A program made the position numbers and the translations under genes. DNA of 44,236 bases from Bacteroidia bacterium (GTDB lineage Bacteria; Bacteroidota; Bacteroidia; Bacteroidales; VadinHA17), in the NCBI GenBank assembly GCA_026391215.1, contig JAPLDX010000045.1, positions 1 to 44,236 of the forward strand, given 5' to 3'. Below, piece after piece: positions 29,200 through 38,750 of the stretch. Under the pieces are notes generated by a model that was not told the DNA's origin, did not search any database, and worked only from the letters and a program-made list of their open reading frames with translations. How positions within the stretch are numbered: position 1 is the first letter of the stretch; the number at the start of each line of letters is the position of its first letter.

Positions 29200-31305
29200 A
29201 TGCAGGAATTTCTTGAAACCGATATTAAATTTTTACCGGGAGTCGGTCCTAAAATGGCCGAACTGCTCAACAAGGAGCTCAATATTTTCAATTATCATGA
29301 TCTGCTGTATTATTTCCCTTATAAATACATAGACAGAACCAAGTTTTACAAAATATCGGATCTTGATCCTGATCTTCCGTTCGTCCAGGTAAAGGGAGTG
29401 ATAAAGGGATATTCTACAGAAGGGCACAAAGCGGGCAAGAGACTCGTTGCTGATTTCCAGGATGATACGGGGACCATCAAGCTTATCTGGTTCAAGGGAG
29501 GCAAATGGATAACAGGAAGCTATACCCCTGGCGTAGAGTTTATTGTCTTTGGTAAGCCATCTGTCTTTAACGGGATGATCAATATAATCCATCCTGAGAT
29601 TGAAGCTGTAAGCAAGGTTGCAGAAAGAATGAGTTCAGCGCTCCAGGCGCAGTACAGCACAACTGAGAATCTAAAGAATCATTTTCTCACATCAAAAGCA
29701 CTGAGCAAGCTGATCGGAACTCTTTTCAAACAGATTACTTTCAAACTTCCGGAAACTTTGCCTCCGGGTATCATCTCGAAGTATAAGCTTATGGAGTTCA
29801 GCCAGGCTCTGCAAAAAATACACTTCCCATCCGATCCCGGGGAAATTGATAAAGCCAGGTACCGCCTTAAGTTTGAGGAGCTCTTATATATTCAGCTCAA
29901 TATACTAAGATTTAAGAACAACCGTTCCCGCAAATACAAAGGATTCATCTTTTCAAATGTCGGGGAGAATTTCAATGATTTCTATTTCAAAAACCTTCCG
30001 TTTACCCTTACTGAAGCACAAAAAAGGGTTGTCAGGGAGATCAGGAAGGATCTGGGTTCCGGAAGACAGATGAACCGTCTTCTGCAGGGCGATGTAGGAA
30101 GCGGCAAGACCCTTGTTGCACTTATGAGCATGCTGATAGCAATAGATAACGGGTACCAGGCATGCTTAATGGCTCCAACGGAGATCCTTGCCGGACAGCA
30201 CTACGACACTATCACAAAAATGCTGGAAGGGATCAATGTAAAGATCAGGCTCTTAACCGGATCATCAAAGAAATCATTGCGACAGGAAATCAGTGAATCA
30301 CTGCTTGACAAATCCCTGAATATACTTATTGGTACACATGCCCTTATAGAGGAAAATGTCAGGTTCGGCAACCTGGGATTAGTTATTATAGATGAGCAGC
30401 ACAGGTTCGGAGTGGAACAAAGGGCCAGACTATGGCAAAAAAGTCTTAATCCTCCTCATATCCTGGTTATGACTGCCACACCTATACCGAGAACCCTTGC
30501 AATGACCTTGTACGGTGATCTTGACGTGTCGGTTATTGATGAGCTTCCCCCGGGAAGAATTCCAATAAAAACGATGCATTATTTTGATTCTGAGAGAAAT
30601 AAAGTTTTCGGTTTTTTAAGAAGTCAGATCGCTGAAGGTCGTCAGATCTATATAGTATATCCCCTGATACAGGAATCAGAGAAGATGGATTATAAGGACC
30701 TTGAAGACGGTTGGGACACCATATCAAGGGAATTTCCTTCACCAAAATATTGTATTAGTGTGGTTCACGGGAGAATGACACCGGCAATCAAGGAAGAATC
30801 GATGAGGCTTTTCAGGGAGGGACATGCCCATTTCCTCATAGCGACGACAGTTATTGAGGTAGGAGTGGATATTCCGAATGCTTCTGTCATGGTTATTGAA
30901 AGCGCTGAAAGGTTCGGGCTTTCGCAGCTTCACCAGTTAAGAGGACGGGTGGGCAGAGGCGCCGATCAGTCATACTGTATTCTGATGAGCTCAGGAAAGC
31001 TGTCAAAAGAGGCTGCCAGAAGAATAGAGATCATGGTCAGCACAAATGATGGCTTCGAGATAGCCGAAACGGATCTTCAGCTCAGGGGACCCGGTGATAT
31101 TGAAGGGACCATGCAAAGCGGTATACCGTTTGACTTGAAAATAGCAGATCTGGCAAAAGACGGACAGATTATCGAGTATGTAAGGAACATTGCAGAAGAT
31201 ATTCTTGACAAAGATCCTCTGCTTGCAAACAACCAGAACCTCATACTCAATGAGGGACTCAAACGCTTATTCAGCAAAAAGCAGTCATGGAGTAATATAA
31301 GCTGA
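29200..31305 (+). CDS. recG: ATP-dependent DNA helicase RecG
   Basis: LPGVGPK, OB wedge domain, RLLQGDVGSGKT, IDEQHRFGV, MTATPIPRTL, QLHQLRGRVGRG and DLQLRGPG. Confidence 0.97.
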   Translation: MQEFLETDIKFLPGVGPKMAELLNKELNIFNYHDLLYYFPYKYIDRTKFYKISDLDPDLPFVQVKGVIKGYSTEGHKAGKRLVADFQDDTGTIKLIWFKGGKWITGSYTPGVEFIVFGKPSVFNGMINIIHPEIEAVSKVAERMSSALQAQYSTTENLKNHFLTSKALSKLIGTLFKQITFKLPETLPPGIISKYKLMEFSQALQKIHFPSDPGEIDKARYRLKFEELLYIQLNILRFKNNRSRKYKGFIFSNVGENFNDFYFKNLPFTLTEAQKRVVREIRKDLGSGRQMNRLLQGDVGSGKTLVALMSMLIAIDNGYQACLMAPTEILAGQHYDTITKMLEGINVKIRLLTGSSKKSLRQEISESLLDKSLNILIGTHALIEENVRFGNLGLVIIDEQHRFGVEQRARLWQKSLNPPHILVMTATPIPRTLAMTLYGDLDVSVIDELPPGRIPIKTMHYFDSERNKVFGFLRSQIAEGRQIYIVYPLIQESEKMDYKDLEDGWDTISREFPSPKYCISVVHGRMTPAIKEESMRLFREGHAHFLIATTVIEVGVDIPNASVMVIESAERFGLSQLHQLRGRVGRGADQSYCILMSSGKLSKEAARRIEIMVSTNDGFEIAETDLQLRGPGDIEGTMQSGIPFDLKIADLAKDGQIIEYVRNIAEDILDKDPLLANNQNLILNEGLKRLFSKKQSWSNIS

Positions 31306-31387
31306 GCTGGCTTATTTATAATCAGAATAAATAATAATAGCATCAGGAATGCTGATATATAGCATTATCTTTTTTACAGAGAATTTT

Positions 31388-31395
31388 TAATTTTG
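31388..31395 (+). promoter_or_regulatory. -7 box (TAATTTTG) for the rseC-rnf operon
   Basis: Exact TAnnTTTG match about 35 nt upstream of the rseC ATG. Confidence 0.55.
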
Positions 31396-31429
31396 CACGT
31401 CAAAAAAAATCAATCACCTGACGGTTAAA

Positions 31430-31846
31430 ATGTCGGAAAATTCTGGAAATATCGAACACGATGGTATTGTGAAGAGTTCAGATAAAAAATCTGTTACAGT
31501 AACCATATCTGCCTCATCAGCATGCGCAGCATGTCATGCTGAAGGAATGTGTTCTTTATCGGGCAGGAAAGAAAAAATTGTTGAAATACGCGGTATGTAC
31601 AATGTGCTGCCCGGCGACAATGTGACAATACTGATGAAGCAATCGACAGGTTATTCAGCAGTCTTTCTTGGATATGTCCTGCCATTAATCCTTGTTGTTG
31701 CATTACTTATAATCCTTGCGTCACTTTCGGTCTCTGAACTTACGGCAGGTATTGGAGCACTTGCAATACTGATCCCGTACTATTTTACATTATATATCTT
31801 CAGAAACCGGATAAACAAGAAATTTACATTCACATTAAAAGTCTGA
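31430..31846 (+). CDS. rseC: RseC/MucC family protein (SoxR-reducing system)
   Basis: IEHDGIV, SACAACHAEGMC and two C-terminal TM helices. First gene before rnfB. Confidence 0.88.
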   Translation: MSENSGNIEHDGIVKSSDKKSVTVTISASSACAACHAEGMCSLSGRKEKIVEIRGMYNVLPGDNVTILMKQSTGYSAVFLGYVLPLILVVALLIILASLSVSELTAGIGALAILIPYYFTLYIFRNRINKKFTFTLKV

Positions 31847-31849
31847 TTA

Positions 31850-32713
31850 ATGAGTCTTACGATTCCAATTACAATTATATGTCTGAGTCTGCTTGCGCTG
31901 ATATTTGCGGTAATGATCTATTTTGTCGCACAGAAATTCAAGATCTTTGAAGATCCCAGGATTGATGAAGTGCAGGCTGCACTTCCTGCTGCAAACTGTG
32001 GCGGATGCGGTTTCGCAGGATGCCGCAATTTTGCTGAGGCGCTTGTCAAAGCAGAGACTTTTGAAGGTTTGAATTGTCCTGTCGGCGGCGGTTCAGTTAT
32101 GGGAGAGATCGCAAAGATCCTTGGGAAAGAAGCTCCGGTAGTTGACCCTATGGTTGCAGTTCTCAAGTGCAACGGATCACCAGAGTTCCGTCCCCATACT
32201 TAAAAGTATGACGGCGTTCCTGATTGCAGGATGGCGCATAACCTGTACCTTGGAGAAACCGACTGCAGCTTTGGATGCCTGGGTTACGGAGATTGCGAGA
32301 GGGCATGTGCTTTTGATGCAATGCATATGGATCCGGTAACAGGTCTTCCCATTATTCAGGATGAAAAATGTGTTTCATGCGGTGCCTGCGTAAAAGCTTG
32401 TCCGAGGCATCTTATTGAACTCCGCAAGAAAGCTAAAAAAGACCGTAAAATATATGTTGCCTGCTCAAATTGTGATAAGGGAGGACCTGCTAAAAGAGCT
32501 TGCAAAGTTGCTTGCATTGCCTGCAACAAATGTTTTAATGTTTGTGAATTCGGTGCAATAACCATTGAAAACAATCTTGCATATATTGATGCGTCAAAAT
32601 GTACATTCTGCAGGAAGTGCGTTACAGAGTGCCCCACCGGTTCTATACTTGAATTTAATTTTCCACCGAGGAAACCAAAAGTTGAAGAACAGGTTGAAAC
32701 CAAAACAGTATAA
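31850..32713 (+). pseudogene. rnfB: Rnf electron transport complex subunit B, interrupted by an in-frame TAA at 32201-32203 (nonsense mutation or sequence error)
   Basis: ORFs 31850-32203 and 32231-32713 are in the same frame, reading ...KCNGSPEFRPHT*KYDGVPDCRMAHNLYLGETDCSFGCLG.... N-terminal LPAANCGGCGFAGC and C-terminal CxxCxxCxxxCP ferredoxin motifs are intact. Confidence 0.88.
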
Positions 32714-32717
32714 CTGA

Positions 32718-34052
32718 ATGAAAACATTTCCCATTGGAGGTGTACATCCACCCCAAAACAAGTTAACCTCTGACAGTGAGATCCGGTCTCTTCTACTTCC
32801 GGCAACTGTTGCAATACCTGTTTCACAGCACATTGGTACGCCGGCTTCAGTAGTCGTCAACAAAGACGAAAAGGTGAAGACAGGCCAGGTGATAGCACAG
32901 AGCAAGGGTTTTGTTTCATCCAATATCCATTCATCGGTATCAGGGAAAGTGGCAAAGATTGATTCTATAATCGATAGCAGCGGATACAAGCAGACAGCTG
33001 TTTTCATTAACGTTGAAGGAGATGAATGGATTGAAACTATTGACAGAAGCACTGAAATACTTACAGATATAAAGCTCTCATCTGAAGAGATAATTAAGAA
33101 ATGTCTTGAATCGGGAATTGTCGGACTTGGTGGTGCAACGTTCCCGTCGCATGTGAAGCTGATTGTACCGGCCGGAAAAAGATGTGACGTGCTTTTAATT
33201 AACGGGGTTGAATGTGAACCATATCTTACATCAGATCACCGCCTCATGCTGGAAAGAGGTGAAGAGATTCTGATCGGTGTGACATTGCTGATGAAAGCCC
33301 TTAAGGTAAGTAAAGCTATGATCGGTATTGAAAACAACAAGCCCGATGCAATTGATCATATGACGAAGCTTGCCACCGCATTCCAGGGAATAACGGTGCA
33401 TGCGCTTAAGGTCAAATATCCTCAAGGGGCTGAGAAACAGTTAATCAAGGCTCTCATAAACAGGGAAGTGCCATCAGGCCGCCTTCCACTTGATGTCAAT
33501 ACTGTGGTTCACAATGTTGGAACTGCCTTTGCTGTCTATGAAGCTGTTCAGAAGAATAAACCTTTGTTTGAAAGAGTTGTCACTATAACCGGGAAATCAC
33601 TTTCAAATCCCGGCAATTATTTTGTAAGGATCGGCACCCCGGTAAAAGATCTCATTGCAGCTGCCGGAGGAATGCCTGAAGATACCGGCAAAATTATTTC
33701 AGGCGGTCCAATGATGGGTAAAGCTCTGAACAATACGGATGTCCCGGTAGTAAAAGGAACCTCAGGCATCGTTTTATTCCCTGAAGGCGAATCTGTCCGG
33801 CGGGAATCAATGCCTTGCATCAGGTGTGCCAAGTGTACACAGTCATGCGCTTTGAACCTTGAACCGTATCTGCTGATGACACTATCAGAAAAAGGAATGT
33901 TTGAAAAAGCTGAAAGAGAGAGGATAACCGATTGTATGGAGTGCGGATCCTGCAGCTACACATGCCCCGCCGGACGTCCTCTGCTGGATTATATCAGGCT
34001 TGGAAAATCGACAGTGATTAAAATGGCCCGTGAACGGGTTAATAAACAATAA
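32718..34052 (+). CDS. rnfC: Rnf complex subunit C
   Basis: GGVHPP, GIVGLGGATFPSHVK, NGVECEPYLTSD, GGPMMG, CIRCAKC and CMECGSCSYTCP. Confidence 0.96.
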   Translation: MKTFPIGGVHPPQNKLTSDSEIRSLLLPATVAIPVSQHIGTPASVVVNKDEKVKTGQVIAQSKGFVSSNIHSSVSGKVAKIDSIIDSSGYKQTAVFINVEGDEWIETIDRSTEILTDIKLSSEEIIKKCLESGIVGLGGATFPSHVKLIVPAGKRCDVLLINGVECEPYLTSDHRLMLERGEEILIGVTLLMKALKVSKAMIGIENNKPDAIDHMTKLATAFQGITVHALKVKYPQGAEKQLIKALINREVPSGRLPLDVNTVVHNVGTAFAVYEAVQKNKPLFERVVTITGKSLSNPGNYFVRIGTPVKDLIAAAGGMPEDTGKIISGGPMMGKALNNTDVPVVKGTSGIVLFPEGESVRRESMPCIRCAKCTQSCALNLEPYLLMTLSEKGMFEKAERERITDCMECGSCSYTCPAGRPLLDYIRLGKSTVIKMARERVNKQ

Positions 34053-34070
34053 TATCTATATAAAAGGTAA

Positions 34071-35072
34071 ATGAGCAATTTATTAAATGTTTCACCTTCG
34101 CCCCACGCTCACGGGACAGATACCACAAGAAAGCTGATGCTGGGAGTTGTCGTAGCGCTTCTTCCTGCACTCTTCACTTCTATATTCTATTTCGGATGGG
34201 GTGCTGTTATCGTTACAGCAACCTCAGTAGTATCCTGCCTTCTGTTTGAATATCTTATACAGAGATTCATTTTAAAGAAGCCGATCTCAATCACTGACGG
34301 ATCAGCCCTGGTCACAGGCCTGCTCCTTGCTTTTAACCTGCCATCGAATATCCCGGTACATATCGTGGTCATAGGAAGTTTTGTAGCTATTGCAGTTGCA
34401 AAAATGACTTTTGGCGGTCTTGGAAACAATCCTTTTAATCCGGCTCTTGTCGGCCGTGTTTTTATGCTTATTTCATTTCCCGTACATATGACAAGCTGGC
34501 CGGTTCCTGCCGGATTCAGTACAGGCTACACAGATGCAATCACCGGAGCGACACCCCTGGCAATTATAAAGGAGGGGCTAAAAAATGGAGAGTCAATCTC
34601 GCAGCTTGTAACTCAAATACCGACCCCCGCACAAATGTTTTTGGGCAATATTGGAGGTTCACTTGGAGAAGTTGCTGCTATAGCCCTGCTTATCGGATTT
34701 GCCTGGCTGCTTATCAGGAAGATAATTACCTGGCATATACCGGTATCTATTATAGGCAGCGTTTTGATCTTCACGACTATCCTCTGGCTGATAGATCCGG
34801 AAAAATTTGCAAACCCGATGTTTCATATCCTTGCAGGAGGAATTCTGCTGGGAGCAATTTTTATGGCGACTGATTATGTCACCTCTCCCATGAATCCCAA
34901 ATCAATGATTATTTATGGATGCTGTATCGGAATTTTAACTGTAATTATCAGAGTATGGGGAGCATATCCTGAGGGTGTTTCATTTGCTATACTAATAATG
35001 AATGCTTTTGTTCCGCTTATGAACGCTTATATCAAACCAAAAAGATTTGGGGAGGTGGTGAAAAATGGCTAA
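34071..35072 (+). CDS. rnfD: Rnf complex subunit D
   Basis: SPSPH, FGGLGNNPFNPA, FMN-attachment motif TGATPL, FMATDYVTSP and YPEGVSFAIL. Confidence 0.96.
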   Translation: MSNLLNVSPSPHAHGTDTTRKLMLGVVVALLPALFTSIFYFGWGAVIVTATSVVSCLLFEYLIQRFILKKPISITDGSALVTGLLLAFNLPSNIPVHIVVIGSFVAIAVAKMTFGGLGNNPFNPALVGRVFMLISFPVHMTSWPVPAGFSTGYTDAITGATPLAIIKEGLKNGESISQLVTQIPTPAQMFLGNIGGSLGEVAAIALLIGFAWLLIRKIITWHIPVSIIGSVLIFTTILWLIDPEKFANPMFHILAGGILLGAIFMATDYVTSPMNPKSMIIYGCCIGILTVIIRVWGAYPEGVSFAILIMNAFVPLMNAYIKPKRFGEVVKNG

Positions 35073-35640
35073 GATCGAATCGACTTTCAGGAATATGGTG
35101 CTGTCGCTTACCCTTATATCGCTGGGTGCATCAGCGTCACTTGCTTTCGTTTATGTTGTGACAAAGGAGCCTATTGAGATGTCCGTTCTTAATAAAAAAC
35201 TTGATGCCATAAAACAGGTCGTTCCTGATTTCACAAATAATCCAAATGAAGAAATGTACCTTTTGCCAACCGGCGAGGGTGACAGTCTCGAAATCTATCC
35301 TGCAAAAAAGGATGGAGAGATCGTCGGGTATGCTGTAAATACTTATACCAGGACAGGATTCAGTGGAAATATAAGATTAATTGCCGGATTCAAACCGGAC
35401 GGAACAATTATCAATATCACTGTCCTTGAGCAGAAAGAGACACCCGGTCTCGGCGCAAAGATGACTGAGCCTGGATTCAAGGATCAGTTCAACAATAAGA
35501 ATCCTTCTGAATTCATTTTTAAAGTAAAGAAAGATGGCGGACCTGTAGATGCAATAACAGCAGCCACAATAAGTTCAAGAGCATTTTGCGATGCTGTTCA
35601 GCGTGCTTATAATACACTAGAAAAAGGAGGTCTGAAATGA
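35065..35640 (+). CDS. rnfG: Rnf complex subunit G
   Basis: N-terminal TM helix, ETPGLG and FMN motif DAITAATISS. Confidence 0.94.
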   Translation: MAKIESTFRNMVLSLTLISLGASASLAFVYVVTKEPIEMSVLNKKLDAIKQVVPDFTNNPNEEMYLLPTGEGDSLEIYPAKKDGEIVGYAVNTYTRTGFSGNIRLIAGFKPDGTIINITVLEQKETPGLGAKMTEPGFKDQFNNKNPSEFIFKVKKDGGPVDAITAATISSRAFCDAVQRAYNTLEKGGLK

Positions 35641-36218
35641 ACCAGTTGCAAAATTTTACAAAAGGATTTTTCAAAGAAAATCCGATACTTGTCCTGGTGC
35701 TGGGCACCTGCCCTACCCTGGCTACTTCAACTTCTGTGCTGAATGGCATGGGAATGGGAATTGCCACTACCTTTGTCCTTATCGGATCAAATGTTGTCAT
35801 TTCCCTTCTATCGGGTGTAATACCTGATAAGGTCAGAATACCGGCTTTTGTTGTTATAATTGCCTCATTTGTAACGATTGTGGATCTGATAATGCAGGCC
35901 TATACTCCCGATCTCTATGAGACACTTGGCATTTTTATCCCGCTGATTGTTGTCAACTGCATAGTTCTCGGAAGGGCTGAGGCATATGCAAGTAAAAACA
36001 GTGTTTGGGCTTCATTTATTGATGGAGCCGGAATGGGACTGGGCTTTACGATGGCCCTTGGAATTCTGGGTGCATTCCGTGAAATTGTCGGAAGCGGCAC
36101 AATATTAGGATATAAATTTATCCAGGGCGACGGGATTCTTGTGTTTATCTTAGCACCAGGAGCATTCTGGGCGCTGGGTTACCTTATTGCTTTGATTAAC
36201 AGGATGAAAAGAACCTAA
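35637..36218 (+). CDS. rnfE: Rnf complex subunit E
   Basis: ENP..LGTCPTLA, RIPAF, FIPLIVVNCIVLGRAEAYA and APGAF. Confidence 0.95.
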   Translation: MNQLQNFTKGFFKENPILVLVLGTCPTLATSTSVLNGMGMGIATTFVLIGSNVVISLLSGVIPDKVRIPAFVVIIASFVTIVDLIMQAYTPDLYETLGIFIPLIVVNCIVLGRAEAYASKNSVWASFIDGAGMGLGFTMALGILGAFREIVGSGTILGYKFIQGDGILVFILAPGAFWALGYLIALINRMKRT

Positions 36219-36230
36219 AACTTAAATGAA

Positions 36231-36806
36231 ATGGAATATCTGTTAATAATTATATCTGCCGTCTTAATAAACAATGTCGTTCTGGCACAGACAATTGGAA
36301 TATGCCCATTTCTTGGCGTATCAAACAAAATTGATACTGCCCTGGGCATGTCAGGAGCTGTCGTTTTCGTGATTGTCCTTTCTACCCTCGTCACTTATCT
36401 CGTACAGATTTATATACTTAATCCCCTTGGTTTAGCTTTTATGCAGACCATTACCTTCATTCTTGTAATTGCTGCACTTGTACAGGTAGTAGAGATCGTT
36501 CTGAAAAAAATCAGCCAGCCTCTTTACCAGGCTCTCGGCATATTTCTTCCACTGATAACCACAAACTGTGCGGTTCTTGGCGTTGCCATCCTCGTTATCA
36601 AGAAAGATTATAATCTTCTTGAGGGTGTTGTATACGGTGCATCAATAGCAATCGGATTCGGACTTGCCCTGATAATTCTTGCCGGGATAAGGGAACAGCT
36701 TGAACTTGTTAATATTCCGAAAGGAATGAAAGGTGTGCCCCTGTCACTTGTCATTGCAGGGATATTAGCACTCGCCTTTATGGGATTTACCGGCATAGTC
36801 AAATAA
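36231..36806 (+). CDS. rnfA: Rnf complex subunit A
   Basis: NNVVL..GICPFLGVS, LVQVVE, LGIFLPLITTNCAVLG and LAFMGF. Confidence 0.95.
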   Translation: MEYLLIIISAVLINNVVLAQTIGICPFLGVSNKIDTALGMSGAVVFVIVLSTLVTYLVQIYILNPLGLAFMQTITFILVIAALVQVVEIVLKKISQPLYQALGIFLPLITTNCAVLGVAILVIKKDYNLLEGVVYGASIAIGFGLALIILAGIREQLELVNIPKGMKGVPLSLVIAGILALAFMGFTGIVK

Positions 36807-36843
36807 ATAGCTAATTTTGTCATATTACCGATTTCCGGCATAG

Positions 36844-37416
36844 ATGACATTATCGGATTACTACCAGATACTTGGATTACCTGTTGACTCTTCGGTTAAC
36901 GACATAAAAAAAGCCTACAGGCAGAAAGCACGCCTGTACCATCCTGATATCAATCCATCACCCGAAGCCAAGGATAATTTCATAATTGCCACTGAAGCCT
37001 ATGAATTCCTTATTGCCAACCACGATAGGATCAGTGTCGATGATGAATCTTACAGGCAGGTAATGGATGACTGGAGAAAATACAGGCAGGACAGGTCAAA
37101 ACAACGTGCAAGGGTGTATGCCCGTGCATCATATGTCAGGTTTAAAAAAACAAAATTCTATAAAACAACGAGAATATTAGATGGTACTACCATCATTTTC
37201 AGCCTGACAATATCGGTTTTTATGGTCATTTACACAATTTTCGGATATATATACAGGTTGCAACATCCTATTCCCGGACTGCAACAACCAACCGTATTTT
37301 TCTTTCTTATGCTGCTGGCAGTGGGAATCGGATTTGTTGTAATCTCATTAATCTATCTGAAAGCTTTTATAGAAACTTCCAAAAAACAGAAGAGAAAAAA
37401 CAGGAACATGGCATAG
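36844..37416 (+). CDS. Membrane-anchored J-domain (DnaJ-like) protein
   Basis: DYYQILG...IKKAYRQKARLYHPD and two C-terminal hydrophobic helices. A TAATTTTG box at 36812-36819 suggests it has its own promoter. Confidence 0.85.
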   Translation: MTLSDYYQILGLPVDSSVNDIKKAYRQKARLYHPDINPSPEAKDNFIIATEAYEFLIANHDRISVDDESYRQVMDDWRKYRQDRSKQRARVYARASYVRFKKTKFYKTTRILDGTTIIFSLTISVFMVIYTIFGYIYRLQHPIPGLQQPTVFFFLMLLAVGIGFVVISLIYLKAFIETSKKQKRKNRNMA

Positions 37417-37479
37417 TTTTTGGACGATGAAGGGAGTAATCCAAACCCTTGACTTCATCAATCGCAAAATGATAAGCAT

Positions 37480-38727
37480 ATGAAAAACAATATTATAAAA
37501 GGTGTATTGATCCTCTCATCCATTTCCCTTTTATTTATTAAGTGCACTAAAGATCCTGATGACGTGTTGCCAAAAGATCCTGTCGAAATTGAACTGACAC
37601 AGAACCAGGTTGCTCTGATTGAATCGGGGAACTCATTTGCCTTTGATATTTTCAGAAATGTTGCAGAAAATGCAGGTAAATCGGAAAACATTATCATTTC
37701 TCCTCTTAGCATCTCCAGTGCTCTTTCGATGACTCTTAACGGAGCAAACGGAACAACACGTGAAGCAATGCTTAAAGTCCTGAGCATGAATGGAATCACC
37801 CCTGAAGAGATTAACAGCTCATACAAGGACCTGACGGAAGCTTTGCTTACAGTTGATAAGCGTGTTCTGATGACTATTGCCAATTCCGTATGGACGGAGG
37901 ACAGGATCACAGCCAAAAAAACATTCATAGATATTCTTACAGATTACTATAATGCTGAATCAAAGGCATTCAGCATCACAGACCCTGCTGCTCCTGATAA
38001 GATAAATGAATGGATTGAGGACAAAACCAATGGCCTGATCACGGATATGATTGACAAGCTGGAGGATAATACCGTGATGCTCATCATTAATGCAATCTAT
38101 TTCAAAGGAAAGTGGAAGCTGCAGTTCGATGAAAAGTATACCGGGCAGGAGCCTTTTTATAAACCGGGCGGGGAATCTATTGAAGTGCCGATGATGAAAC
38201 AGACTGATGATTTCAAAGTACTTGATGGTGATGGATTTATCTTAGCAGAATTCCCTTACGGACAGGGAAATTTTGTGATGGATATAATCCTGCCCGACAC
38301 CAGGGACGGAGTTGATGAACTCCTCCCGTCAGTTACAGATGCGGCATTTTCGGGATGGATAAAACAGATGGCGACAAGAGAAACAGATGTATTTATCCCT
38401 CGCTTCAAATATGGCTTTAAGAAAAAGCTAAAGGATATCCTTTCAGATATGGGTATGGGTATCGCTTTCACAGATTGGGCCGATTTTACAAATATAACTG
38501 ACTCCCCCCCATTGCTGATTAATGATGTCACACACCAGGCATTCATAGAAACAAATGAGGAAGGTACTGAGGCTGCTGCAGCAACAGTGGTTGATATAGG
38601 ACTTGTATCAATGCCATTGGAACCTTTTGTCTTTAATGCCGATCATGCATTCCTGTATATAATAAGAGAGACCTCAACAAATTCCATCATTTTTATGGGC
38701 CGGGTGACTGATCCCCTGGCTGAATAA
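37480..38727 (+). CDS. Serpin (serine protease inhibitor), predicted lipoprotein
   Basis: ISPLSISSAL, GANGTT, INEWIEDKTNG, NAIYFKGKW, PRFK, hinge EEGTEAAAAT, FNADHAFLYII and FMGRV. Signal peptide ends LFIKC. Confidence 0.95.
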   Translation: MKNNIIKGVLILSSISLLFIKCTKDPDDVLPKDPVEIELTQNQVALIESGNSFAFDIFRNVAENAGKSENIIISPLSISSALSMTLNGANGTTREAMLKVLSMNGITPEEINSSYKDLTEALLTVDKRVLMTIANSVWTEDRITAKKTFIDILTDYYNAESKAFSITDPAAPDKINEWIEDKTNGLITDMIDKLEDNTVMLIINAIYFKGKWKLQFDEKYTGQEPFYKPGGESIEVPMMKQTDDFKVLDGDGFILAEFPYGQGNFVMDIILPDTRDGVDELLPSVTDAAFSGWIKQMATRETDVFIPRFKYGFKKKLKDILSDMGMGIAFTDWADFTNITDSPPLLINDVTHQAFIETNEEGTEAAAATVVDIGLVSMPLEPFVFNADHAFLYIIRETSTNSIIFMGRVTDPLAE

Positions 38728-38750
38728 GAAGCACTTCAAGAAAACCCTCT

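Noticed and set aside
31297-31375. Small dyads after recG (ATAAGC/GCTTAT and AATGCT/AGCATT) as a terminator or redox-regulator operator for rnf
   Set aside because: These are 6-bp AT-rich stems expected by chance, and they do not match the Rex consensus TTGTGAA-n4-TTCACAA.
32201-32203. Selenocysteine, pyrrolysine or genetic-code reassignment at the rnfB internal stop
   Set aside because: The codon is TAA, not TGA or TAG. TAA is the normal stop of many genes here (guaB, rnfC, rnfA, susD), and the position does not appear to be a Cys ligand.
32142-32339. Programmed frameshift through the overlapping 65-aa plus-strand ORF in rnfB
   Set aside because: The two rnfB halves are already in the same frame, and the alternative-frame peptide has no ferredoxin motifs.
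37426-37459. Hairpin GATGAAG...CTTCATC between the J-domain gene and the serpin
   Set aside because: The stem is only 7 bp with an irregular interior and no T tract. That is too weak to call a terminator or RNA element.
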